Shown piece by piece: positions 18,348 to 26,926 of a DNA stretch of 31,885 bases. Both the position numbers and the translations under genes were made by a program. Source of the DNA: Candidatus Thorarchaeota archaeon. GTDB taxonomy: Archaea; Asgardarchaeota; Thorarchaeia; Thorarchaeales; Thorarchaeaceae. Within the stretch, counting starts at the first letter, position 1. Every line of letters starts with the position of its first letter. The notes below the pieces were generated by a model. It did no database searches. It was not told the DNA's origin and worked only from the letters and a program-made list of their open reading frames with translations. The stretch is from contig PRDJ01000030.1 in the NCBI GenBank assembly GCA_003345555.1, positions 1 through 31,885 on the forward strand, given 5' to 3'.

Positions 18348-20074
18348 GCAGTTGCTTGATAGTACCCAAGCTAAATGTACTAAGATGCCCAAAGACGCGT
18401 TGCAGGGGCTGCAAGCATGCATCAGTCACGACTGATGAACCTTGCACACGCCTCTCAGCTATGGCGTTGACCAGCGACCATCAGGATAAGATCCTGATTC
18501 TCGAACCCAATCAGGGGTTTGTTCACATAGGGGGACTCAAGGGAGAGTTTCCCAAAGGACCGCCTTGGCAAGCTGATGGCTGGGAGTCGGTTTATGTGGG
18601 AGACCATGGTACTCTGGACAATTGGGAAAGCCTCATTGACATTTATCCTGTCGGACCCTACCTATCCGTGTATTACAGGATTGCTTCTAGCCCGTCCACA
18701 CTTCACAGGGCTGTTCCGTACGTCAGAACGCCCCTTGAGCTCGCTCTAGTTGAAAGACTATGCAAAGAGAAGAGTCAATTCACTGGAACTGTGGGCGCAT
18801 GCAGAATGAATCTAACCGCAAGAATGAGAGAGATTTCATTTCTTGTTGCCGAGAGAATCTCGGACACATTGCCAGAAATCAGCAGCCCTACGAGAGCCAG
18901 AATCGCTGAAATAGTGGGGCATCGTTCAAATGCTCTTGGTTCGTTGTTTCCTGTCCTATTGGATGATGAGGTCGAAGAAACGTACATAGATGGACCTCAA
19001 TCTTCAATGTACTTCGACCATCGGCGTCTTGGTCGATGTAGCTCGATGATTACTCTCGGACAACAAGACGCGGAACGAATCGTCACTCTTGTTAGATGTG
19101 AAAGCAATCTACATCTGGACAGGCATAACCCATCACTGAAGACTGACGTGAATCTGTTTGATGCGAATCTTCGCTTCTCCGTTTGTCTACCGCCACTCAG
19201 CGTGGATGGACTACATCTTGAAATCCGGCGTGCACCCAGTAATCCATATTCAATATATGACTTAATTCGCAACGGCACGCTCACCATCGAGGCTGCAGCC
19301 TTGCTTCTCTTGGCAGTGTGCGGAAGGTTCAATATCACAATAACTGGGGGGCCAGGATCGGGCAAGACCACTCTTCTGAATTCCTTAGACATGACTACTC
19401 CGCGAGCTTGGAGAAAGATCTATGTTGAAGATGCCATCGAGAGCAGGAGATTCGGGGACCAACATCAAGTGAGGTACAGAGTTGACCCCCTTGATGAGAC
19501 CGAGGCGAAATTCGACAAGAGCACGGAAATCATCAAGACTCTTCATAGATCACCAGATTACCTGATTCTGGGGGAGATTCAGACTGCGGAGCACAGTCGT
19601 GCCCTGTTTCAAGCAATTGCTGCAGGTCTTAGGTCAATTCAGACGTGTCACAGCGACTCCGCCTCAAGTCTAGTATCCCGTTGGATGCTCAATCATGGAA
19701 TCGATAGGTCAAGTATTGCTCTCATGGATGTAATTGTTACAGTTGAGAGACTGACACCGGGAGAGTCGAAACGCCGAGTGAAGGAAATCGCCGAGATTAG
19801 GAGAACTGTCAATGATGGGATGCTCTCCTTTGCTGGGCTGAACAGAGTATTCGCGAATGGCACGATTGTTCCCGAGAAATCAAGATGGGCCAAGGACGGT
19901 GCTTTTATCCTTCGTGCTCAGGAACAAGGTGCGGACAGTCACCTAGCAGCCTATGAAGCATTGATTGACAGGCTTGTCGGCTCATCAGATAGTTACGGTG
20001 CTACTGATACTTCGCCTATCGGAGAAAGACTATGGAAGTCTGGCAATCCCTTCATGCATACTGAACAGGAATAG
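18344..20074 (+). CDS. CpaF/TadA/VirB11-family (type II/IV secretion) ATPase with a Cys-rich N-terminus
   Basis: LLDDEVEETYIDG, LRFSVCLPPLS, Walker A GGPGSGKTT, Asp box VEDAIE, Walker B PDYLILGEIQ, His box QTCHS. Confidence 0.85.
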   Translation: MSSCLIVPKLNVLRCPKTRCRGCKHASVTTDEPCTRLSAMALTSDHQDKILILEPNQGFVHIGGLKGEFPKGPPWQADGWESVYVGDHGTLDNWESLIDIYPVGPYLSVYYRIASSPSTLHRAVPYVRTPLELALVERLCKEKSQFTGTVGACRMNLTARMREISFLVAERISDTLPEISSPTRARIAEIVGHRSNALGSLFPVLLDDEVEETYIDGPQSSMYFDHRRLGRCSSMITLGQQDAERIVTLVRCESNLHLDRHNPSLKTDVNLFDANLRFSVCLPPLSVDGLHLEIRRAPSNPYSIYDLIRNGTLTIEAAALLLLAVCGRFNITITGGPGSGKTTLLNSLDMTTPRAWRKIYVEDAIESRRFGDQHQVRYRVDPLDETEAKFDKSTEIIKTLHRSPDYLILGEIQTAEHSRALFQAIAAGLRSIQTCHSDSASSLVSRWMLNHGIDRSSIALMDVIVTVERLTPGESKRRVKEIAEIRRTVNDGMLSFAGLNRVFANGTIVPEKSRWAKDGAFILRAQEQGADSHLAAYEALIDRLVGSSDSYGATDTSPIGERLWKSGNPFMHTEQE

Positions 20075-20081
20075 CTCGTAT

Positions 20082-20110
20082 GCTTCTTGGCTACTGCCTC
20101 GCCAAGAAGC
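20082..20110 (+). terminator. Perfect 10-bp hairpin just after the ATPase stop (terminator or RNA stability/processing element)
   Basis: GCTTCTTGGC-(9 nt)-GCCAAGAAGC. There is no U-tract, so the function is uncertain. Confidence 0.4.
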
Positions 20111-20200
20111 TATCGACTTGTTGATCGAATAGGATCATAGTCCATCTTACTGAGGTCCTAACTTGAACTCAATGTCGAGCCATTCTGATATCGGTGGGAC

Positions 20201-20208
20201 TTAAAATA
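20201..20208 (+). promoter_or_regulatory. TATA box for the prepilin gene
   Basis: TTAAAATA ending about 36 nt before ATG 20244. Confidence 0.5.
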
Positions 20209-20243
20209 GGATTCAGAGGACAGACATAATTGGGTACGGACAC

Positions 20244-20450
20244 ATGAGTATGCGACCAAAGCTGAAGAGTGACACCAAGGGAGGACCATTGGTAGAGGAG
20301 AGCTTGTTATTGGGTCTTGCTGTGATTACGGTTTCAATAGTGATTGCAGTAATACTGGAAGCCACAGGTTGGGCTCAAGATGTTGTAAATGGTCTATTCC
20401 AGCTCCTCAAGGATAGCTGGAGTGGTCTGACAGGGCTTTTGACACCTTAG
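20244..20450 (+). CDS. Flp-like type IV prepilin (class III signal peptide)
   Basis: Basic leader ending DTKG|, Glu at +5 (GPLVE), a hydrophobic helix of about 20 aa and a short amphipathic tail. The mature protein is about 55 aa and the gene follows a CpaF-type ATPase. Confidence 0.7.
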   Translation: MSMRPKLKSDTKGGPLVEESLLLGLAVITVSIVIAVILEATGWAQDVVNGLFQLLKDSWSGLTGLLTP

Positions 20451-20613
20451 GTTTTATCGTGGAAGATACCTGCGGCCGGGGAAACTCTTAGGATTAGTTG
20501 CTCGAAATCGGAACAAGCCAAGGTGCGGCAGTGTTGAATATGCCAATTGATTCAGAGAAAGGCTTATTTGCAGAGCAAAAAGTGAAGCCCTGCTCCGGGC
20601 TGGAACCACCAAG

Positions 20614-20723
20614 GCTCCGGTAGACGCATTGAGTTTGATCTGCAATGCGGTCGTATGTAGTCCGGCCCAGCATTGGGGACCCTCGATCCTCAGACCCGGG
20701 TTCAAATCCCGGCCGGAGCACCA
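20614..20723 (+). tRNA. trnE: tRNA-Glu(CUC) with a 32-nt intron at position 10/11 and encoded CCA
   Basis: Acceptor GCTCCGG (20614-20620)/CCGGAGC (20713-20719), D stem GTGT/GCAT after splicing, anticodon stem GGGGA/TCCTC with loop CC-CTC-GA, T arm CCGGG-TTCAAAT-CCCGG, ACCA end. Mature length is 78 nt. Confidence 0.9.
20624..20655 (+). other. BHB-type tRNA intron at the start of the D stem of tRNA-Glu
   Basis: Inner helix CGCATTG/CAATGCG, central helix CGGT/GTCG, bulges AG|A and TA|T. The standard cut positions give exactly GCTCCGGTAG+TGTAGTCCGG. The outer helix is relaxed. Confidence 0.83.
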
Positions 20724-20731
20724 TCGAGCAA

Positions 20732-22705
20732 TCAATTCAATAGATATCTTCTTCTCGCAACGGGAATGCTCACAACCAATATCGATAGACCGGCGCTTAT
20801 CATGAACCCAAGGATGCCAGCACCTTGTATCGATGAGATGTCGAGGAAATTGAGTGTGATGATTGTGTAGCCAGCACTGAAGAAGAGGAAACGCGAAGTC
20901 TCAATCCAGTATGAAAGATTGAAACAACCAGCGTAAGTTGGGAACAATAGATAGAACTCAGCAATTCCTCCAGGTCCGCTTAGAACACACCCTCTACTGG
21001 ATAGCCATTCAAAGTTCACTGCAACGTAGGCCAAAAGCGATCCATTCAGTGCACGAAGCACCAGCCGAACATGAATCTGCTGTAGTGGTGGTATCATCTG
21101 ATAGTCATACAGTGTCATGGACACGGGCATCTTCTGAGTTACAATGACTGTGTAGGGCATTGATGTGGCCAGTCTGTATTCGCTAGGACTGCCGCAATAG
21201 GTGAAGAGTAGTTCAAGCAGGCACGACGCCTTTGGGGCAACGAATCGAATCCAAAATACTCCAGTGAGATTTGTGAGAACGGTGAATTCGGTCGTGTTGT
21301 CGGTATGTACGTTCACCGTTGTGTTGGCATAGTCGTGTTCGAAGTCGCCCAAGTGCAATTCCACGAGGAATTCTTGACCGGGATAAGCATAGCCCATGAT
21401 TTCAGTGTAGACGAACTTGAATTCCGGACGCACCCAAACCACGCCTTCGAACGTGTACGTTCTGTTGAGTAGGTAGTCGCTGTCCAAGATATTGAGGACA
21501 AAGCTCCTTGGACCTTCCTTACCCGTAATCTGAAGACCTATAGGTACCAGCACGGTATCGGGCAGAATCGGCTGTCTAATCGCTTGACCGGTAGTCAAGT
21601 CATGAAGACTCAACGAGGCACCCGATAGCGGGCGACCAAGCAAGTCTTTCACTTCGACTCTGATATCTGCTTGCGTTCCAGCTATCATGAGTTCTGGCAG
21701 GATGACCTTGACGAAGGACGGGCTGACTATATTGATTTCAACACTAAGAAGGGAAGGAGCATATCGTGACGTGCCAGGGTACCTAACAGCTAACCCGTGA
21801 GGACCCAAAGAGAAGGTGGAATCTATGTCTGTATGGAGAGATGCAATACCTGAACTGTTGGTCGTGATGTAAGCAAGCAGTGTACCATCGAGCAGAACTT
21901 CGAGTGGGACGCCGGACGAGGCCTGTCCATCGGTCTCCAAGAGTATGCAAGACTGAATGCTGCCATTTAGCTCGATCGGATTCTGAGGAGGGTTTACGAG
22001 GAGTAGGTTACTAGGAAGTTGCTGGATAGAGATGTTAAAGAAAGCCTCAGATGCTTCAGTGAAATTGCATAAATCCCGTTCGTGAACGACTTTTATTTGG
22101 TTTACCCCAAGCTGCCCCCAACTGCTATTGCAGTTGATCGCGAAGCTGACTTGACCTGAACTGTCTGTTATGCCGGTCTTGAGCCGTACAGCATTCCAAA
22201 ACACGGCAAGGTATGCGTTTGGTAGAACCATGCCCCCATCGTTTAGAATTGTCGCTGTGAGCGTGAGAACGTCGTCGGGAGCGAGAGTATCTTTGGCCAC
22301 ACGGACACTGATTGTAGTGTGTGATAGAATGGTAATGAATGCCCACTGGCATGATGGGCTCAGGGCTAATGATTGGTTCCCACGGAATGTTGCGTTAAGA
22401 ACACTGATTCCAAGCGGTTGGTCTGTTGGAATGATCCATTGAATTGCGGCTATACCGCTCGGGTTCGTCTGCGCGCAACCCAAGAATGTGTTGTATGTCT
22501 GCTCGAAGAACTCGATCTGTTGGTTTGGAACGGGATTGCCGTAGGTGCCATTTGTTAGAAGCGTAGCGCTGATGGACACGCGCTCTCCACGACAAACAAT
22601 TGTGCCTTCTTCAGCACAGGTCTCGTTGACAGCAAAGGAGACCAAAAAAGCCAAGATTCCTAAGGTGAAGCAGAAAAGAAAACGTGTATCTGTTCGTCGA
22701 TGCAT
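20732..22705 (-). CDS. Membrane-anchored surface protein with Ig-like repeats
   Basis: Signal peptide (RFLFCFTLGILAFLVSFA), repeats TNPSGIA/TDSSGQV/TNSSGIA/TNLTGVF, C-terminal TM helix GILGFMISAGLSILVVSIPV and basic tail ARRRY. Confidence 0.78.
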   Translation of the reverse strand: MHRRTDTRFLFCFTLGILAFLVSFAVNETCAEEGTIVCRGERVSISATLLTNGTYGNPVPNQQIEFFEQTYNTFLGCAQTNPSGIAAIQWIIPTDQPLGISVLNATFRGNQSLALSPSCQWAFITILSHTTISVRVAKDTLAPDDVLTLTATILNDGGMVLPNAYLAVFWNAVRLKTGITDSSGQVSFAINCNSSWGQLGVNQIKVVHERDLCNFTEASEAFFNISIQQLPSNLLLVNPPQNPIELNGSIQSCILLETDGQASSGVPLEVLLDGTLLAYITTNSSGIASLHTDIDSTFSLGPHGLAVRYPGTSRYAPSLLSVEINIVSPSFVKVILPELMIAGTQADIRVEVKDLLGRPLSGASLSLHDLTTGQAIRQPILPDTVLVPIGLQITGKEGPRSFVLNILDSDYLLNRTYTFEGVVWVRPEFKFVYTEIMGYAYPGQEFLVELHLGDFEHDYANTTVNVHTDNTTEFTVLTNLTGVFWIRFVAPKASCLLELLFTYCGSPSEYRLATSMPYTVIVTQKMPVSMTLYDYQMIPPLQQIHVRLVLRALNGSLLAYVAVNFEWLSSRGCVLSGPGGIAEFYLLFPTYAGCFNLSYWIETSRFLFFSAGYTIITLNFLDISSIQGAGILGFMISAGLSILVVSIPVARRRYLLN

Positions 22706-23030
22706 CTCGCTTCGCGGTTCTCCTTGTCTGAATTTTCTGCGGTTGTTTTTGTATCAGAAGGGTACTGCATACTCATCTGTTTCTGACCAATGATTGAGCT
22801 TGCTTCTTGCTGTCAATCATCATACCGGGACTTGCTGATTCGTGTCTTTTAATCTCCTAGAACCTGCGGCCAGCGCGGCTTTTGCGAGGAAAGACCCATG
22901 GCATGAACAGCCACTCAAGATGCTGTAACGTGACCGATTCGGGGGAGTTCATATGGCAGACGAGAGCACGAGGAGAGGATCCAGGCGGCGGACAGAATTA
23001 ATCTGATTTGAACAGCGGTGATAGCACTAT

Positions 23031-26000
23031 ATGCGGGGCCAAAAAGCCTGTCACGAGGGTTACTCGGTTAAGTGGAAAGACAAAGTATGGTCACGCCGGG
23101 CAAGAATGGTCAAATATGGAGGAGCACAGCTTTGTCTAATCTATTTTATTGCAGTCTATGTCCTTCCCCTTGCTGGCATTATCAGGCAGCCCTTTGTTCC
23201 ATTCAAAGCAGCTACTGAGATTCTCATCTGTGCTTTCCCAATATGCTGTGGTTTGATTATTGCAGCAGAGAAGATTGTGACGGAATCGATTTCGTTCTTC
23301 CTAGAAGATGAGTTCTATGTGGTCCGCATTGGAAATCGTGCTGTTGCAGTCTGCTGTCTAGAAATGATGTCCGTCCCTGGATCCGTCGAGCAGGATTCTA
23401 ACAACAGACCAAGATACAACACAACGATGCTCCTCGCCTTGCGAGCAGGGATGGACAGCCATGTGACGATGGCATACGAAGTTGGTCTAGAGAGAGATGA
23501 GCCGTTTCTTCGAGTGTTCATTAGCATAATGGGGACCTGCCTTACCGAAATGGAGGAGACTCTGAAGAGAGAGGCAACCAGAGCAGAGGCAATTTTGCTG
23601 GCATGTCTCAATAATGTGGATCTCCGACAACTGAAGGGCGAGAGCCTGAAGGCGGCGGCGTTATCCATCATTGGAACAGCCGCTTTAGTGGGGACTAGGA
23701 TTGGCGAGAAAGGAATGCAGACTAGGTCAGCAATCGTATTCTCTGGTAATCCGAGGATTGCGCCTTCGGAGTTCACATCTCAGATTGGCACATTTCTTTC
23801 TACAGCGCTCAAGCAACGATATTCGGTGACTCTAACATGCGTGTTTTCGTCCGCAAAGGGCGGTAATGATAGAAGGAAACTTGAAGCGGAATGGAAATCC
23901 ATCCAAGGGAGAGAGAAGAAACAAGAGGATTCGCTTGAGGACCAAGCAGCAAAGAAGGATCTCTTGAGTCAATACGAACAGGTACAAGCTGAGGAGGGGT
24001 GGTTTGATTCGAGTGTCTATATTGTGATAGCTGCCGAGAGTCCCACCGAACTAGAAGTTGTCAAAGAGGGATTGAAAGGACTTGCTTTCTCAGTGTGGGG
24101 CGGAGATGACAATGTATCAATATCAGATGAGAAGATTGGCGGCAGGATGGCTTGCAGGTTGCTTGCAAGGCGACACCTTGGCCGACAGAGGATGCATGTG
24201 AGCAGACTGGCAGCTTTTGTAAACACACCAGTACAGACTATTCCGGTTGTGACCGCACCGCAGATTCCTGACTTTTACGTTCCTCCGAGAGAACTTGTGG
24301 ACAATGAGTTGTACATAGGTTGGACTGTCTACGGCGGACGTCTGCTCAACAAAGTGGGGCTGAAAAAGGAGTGGTTGAGAGAGCATGTTGCAGTTCTTGG
24401 TTCTACCGGTACCGGAAAAACATCGTTGGTCAAGAGACTGATGGCTGAACTGAGTACGAAGACTGATGTGCCTTGGTGGGTATTTGATTTGAAAGGTTCT
24501 GAATATAGCGACCTCGCAAACGTAGGCAGACAGGATGTAATGATACTTCGCCCGGGACTTGACCCCTCTTTCGTGATAGGCCTATTGGATCCTGAGGCTG
24601 ATACAAAAGAAAAACAAGCCCATGCAACATTCGTCATTCTGAGAGAACTCCTAAGGGAGATGGGTACCTCAACAGAACTCTCTCCAGCTATGGAGAAGCT
24701 ATTGAGGGATGCGATTCTTGACACGGCAAAGATGCCAAATCACGGTAACTCGGTGCACGCATTGATTGATAAAATCAATCAGCTCGCTGATAGTGACCGC
24801 ACGGGAATTATGACAAGAGATGCCTTGCTAAATCGCTTAGAGGTCCTTTCCCGAGAGCCATTGGGTTCGATTCTAGGTGGAGGGTCACACTCGATGGTAG
24901 TATCGAGTTTACTTAGCAAGCGTGTAGTATTCGATTTGCGGTACGTTGCACGAACAGGAGGCATGGACGCCGCCCGTCTTTTGTATAATCTGGTCGCGAA
25001 ACGCATCTTTGATGGTGCAATGCGCCGTGGTATAACAGCCGAACTCAATCATGTTGTCGTGCTTGAGGAAGCAAACAACCTCGTTCCTGAAAGCTACACG
25101 AGACAATCCGCAGCAGATGTAACAACAGGCGAGTCAATGGTGATGTTGCAGAGAGCTACTGGTCAGGGTGTCATTGTCGTTTCAACTAGACCAAATATCT
25201 CATCAAATATCCTAGCAAATACTGCCACGAAGATTACATTCAGACTGCCCTATGACAGCTCAGTCGGGGCGAGATTCATGTCCTTGAATGACACACAGGA
25301 GCGTTACCTTCGGATGCTCAAGGTGGGAAGAGCCCTAATCGTGACCCCGGAGACAGATACCTTCGAGCTGGCAACGGCACCATTTGAAGTGGTGCCGCCA
25401 GCGGAATCAATCGAGACTGACATCGACTCAGAGAAACAAGACCGGACTCAGGACCATGCGGCCACTGAACTGGGACGGACAGAGATGATGCAATTGTGTG
25501 CTCCAGACAGCGTGACTGCAATCAGGACAAAAAGGGCCATGAGCAGCGCTGTTACTGTCGAGCATCGGGGCGTTGTATTTGATGGTTTGGGAGAACTGGC
25601 GAACCAGGCGGTGGCATTCCTTGCATCACACGGCGTAGCCACAAGAGATGAACTGCAGAATGTGCTGACTGCTTTCAACCCACAAATCAGGAATGATGAT
25701 GCGGCCGAGTTGATCCAGGAACTTGTGTCTCTAGGTTCGATTGAACGCGAGTCTCTGCCGCTTGTCGGAGGCGGGGTTCTTTTTACGTTACCGGGCAAAG
25801 GATGTGATGCGATAAGAGAGGCGGTAATTGGGTATGTCTCAGTGCGCTTGGGACGGTCTCTGAGTTCAGAGGAGAATGGGCGTCTTGGAAATGAAGTCGT
25901 CATTGTGGACGACAAGGCAATTCTCATAGTTCCTGAGCACCTGAAAGCGTCGTCCATGGAGAGTGTCCTTGAAAGAATCCGGTATCAGATGAGCACCATG

Positions 26001-26882
26001 GGAAATGGCGTGACAGAGCTATTTGTGATAGTCAGAGGAAGCGTCGCAGCCGCTAGGCTAAGAGAGCTAATGGACAGAAATGAAGAGTATGATGCGGTGA
26101 GCGTTGTTTCAGCTTTTCCGAGTTCACTCGATAAGATGATTGAGACTCAACTTCAAAGAAGCAAATCGGGAAAGATGCAGGAATCGGATACGGGTGTCTC
26201 TGAGATTGGTAGCAGAATGGAGGGTACCACGCTGAAAGAGGAAACGGCCGAGGACAATGCTCGTGCCCGTTCCTCAATGCAGTTGCGGCTTTGGTTCGGT
26301 GTAATCCAAGACTTTGTGGATTTATCGAATGGCAAAGTCAGATGGAATACACTCGTAGAATTCATTGATACAACTGCGCTTCAATCAGTCAAGGGAAGGT
26401 CAATTCCCATGAGCGCATACGAAGGCAAACAGGCATTGACAGATTTGTTGTCGGATGGCCGACTTGTGGCAATGAGAGTTAGGAACGGCAGAGCATTTCC
26501 AAGTCTGGAGGAGGGATTATGGGTAGTTGGCCGTTCAGCTATCAGGGATCTTAAGACGACCGCGGTTGGTGCTCTTGAATCGCAGTTGCTGAAGCTTAAT
26601 GAGCCGATTGCGAAGGGCCATGGCTGCTATGATTTGTGTGCAGGAGGCAAGTCTTATGCTGTCTTTCCGAGTCAAGATCAACTTGACATTCTCTTGCAGC
26701 TTGACAATGAAATCGTCTGCAAGTCGTGCGAATCCACCCAGGCAATCTGTATCCTACCCGCCGCCGAATACCTTGACGACGAAGCAGCCAAACCTGCTAA
26801 TTTGAGAATATGTGAATTAGAAGATGTGCAGAGCATCATAGGACGCAGCAGAAGCACGGGAGATGCCAGAGTTCGCAGGTAA
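23031..26882 (+). CDS. Membrane-anchored VirB4/HerA/FtsK-superfamily ATPase with long N- and C-terminal extensions
   Basis: Two N-terminal hydrophobic helices, LYIG..VGLKKEWLREHVAVLGSTGTGKT (Walker A), VFDLKGSEY, VVFDL, Walker B VVLEEANN, STRP, LANTATKITFRL, then a wHTH-like segment and further C-terminal domains. Confidence 0.82.
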   Translation: MRGQKACHEGYSVKWKDKVWSRRARMVKYGGAQLCLIYFIAVYVLPLAGIIRQPFVPFKAATEILICAFPICCGLIIAAEKIVTESISFFLEDEFYVVRIGNRAVAVCCLEMMSVPGSVEQDSNNRPRYNTTMLLALRAGMDSHVTMAYEVGLERDEPFLRVFISIMGTCLTEMEETLKREATRAEAILLACLNNVDLRQLKGESLKAAALSIIGTAALVGTRIGEKGMQTRSAIVFSGNPRIAPSEFTSQIGTFLSTALKQRYSVTLTCVFSSAKGGNDRRKLEAEWKSIQGREKKQEDSLEDQAAKKDLLSQYEQVQAEEGWFDSSVYIVIAAESPTELEVVKEGLKGLAFSVWGGDDNVSISDEKIGGRMACRLLARRHLGRQRMHVSRLAAFVNTPVQTIPVVTAPQIPDFYVPPRELVDNELYIGWTVYGGRLLNKVGLKKEWLREHVAVLGSTGTGKTSLVKRLMAELSTKTDVPWWVFDLKGSEYSDLANVGRQDVMILRPGLDPSFVIGLLDPEADTKEKQAHATFVILRELLREMGTSTELSPAMEKLLRDAILDTAKMPNHGNSVHALIDKINQLADSDRTGIMTRDALLNRLEVLSREPLGSILGGGSHSMVVSSLLSKRVVFDLRYVARTGGMDAARLLYNLVAKRIFDGAMRRGITAELNHVVVLEEANNLVPESYTRQSAADVTTGESMVMLQRATGQGVIVVSTRPNISSNILANTATKITFRLPYDSSVGARFMSLNDTQERYLRMLKVGRALIVTPETDTFELATAPFEVVPPAESIETDIDSEKQDRTQDHAATELGRTEMMQLCAPDSVTAIRTKRAMSSAVTVEHRGVVFDGLGELANQAVAFLASHGVATRDELQNVLTAFNPQIRNDDAAELIQELVSLGSIERESLPLVGGGVLFTLPGKGCDAIREAVIGYVSVRLGRSLSSEENGRLGNEVVIVDDKAILIVPEHLKASSMESVLERIRYQMSTMGNGVTELFVIVRGSVAAARLRELMDRNEEYDAVSVVSAFPSSLDKMIETQLQRSKSGKMQESDTGVSEIGSRMEGTTLKEETAEDNARARSSMQLRLWFGVIQDFVDLSNGKVRWNTLVEFIDTTALQSVKGRSIPMSAYEGKQALTDLLSDGRLVAMRVRNGRAFPSLEEGLWVVGRSAIRDLKTTAVGALESQLLKLNEPIAKGHGCYDLCAGGKSYAVFPSQDQLDILLQLDNEIVCKSCESTQAICILPAAEYLDDEAAKPANLRICELEDVQSIIGRSRSTGDARVRR

Positions 26883-26926
26883 TACGATTCTGCTCATGGT
26901 ATGCGCAGTTAGTATGGTTGGAAGAC

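Noticed and set aside
20592-20598. Second GCTCCGG upstream of tRNA-Glu as an alternative 5' exon or an att remnant
   Set aside because: It is only 7 nt, is not followed by U8-purine9, and forms no BHB with the 3' exon. The 20614 copy fits exactly.
20451-20613. Possible RNase P RNA or other ncRNA (GGGGAAACTC and CAGAGAAAGGCTTA resemble P4-flanking motifs; small hairpin AGCCC/GGGCT)
   Set aside because: The two candidate P4 strands are not complementary and the region is too short. No convincing fold by eye; an Infernal search would settle it.
22706-23030. Hidden gene or RNA in the spacer between the surface protein and the large ATPase
   Set aside because: Only very short ORFs and no strong hairpin series; consistent with a divergent promoter region.
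12526-26882. Integrated mobile element at tRNA-Gly or tRNA-Glu carrying the secretion-like genes
   Set aside because: No integrase, relaxase or duplicated tRNA 3' end was seen, and core genes (rpo8, tfb) are interleaved.
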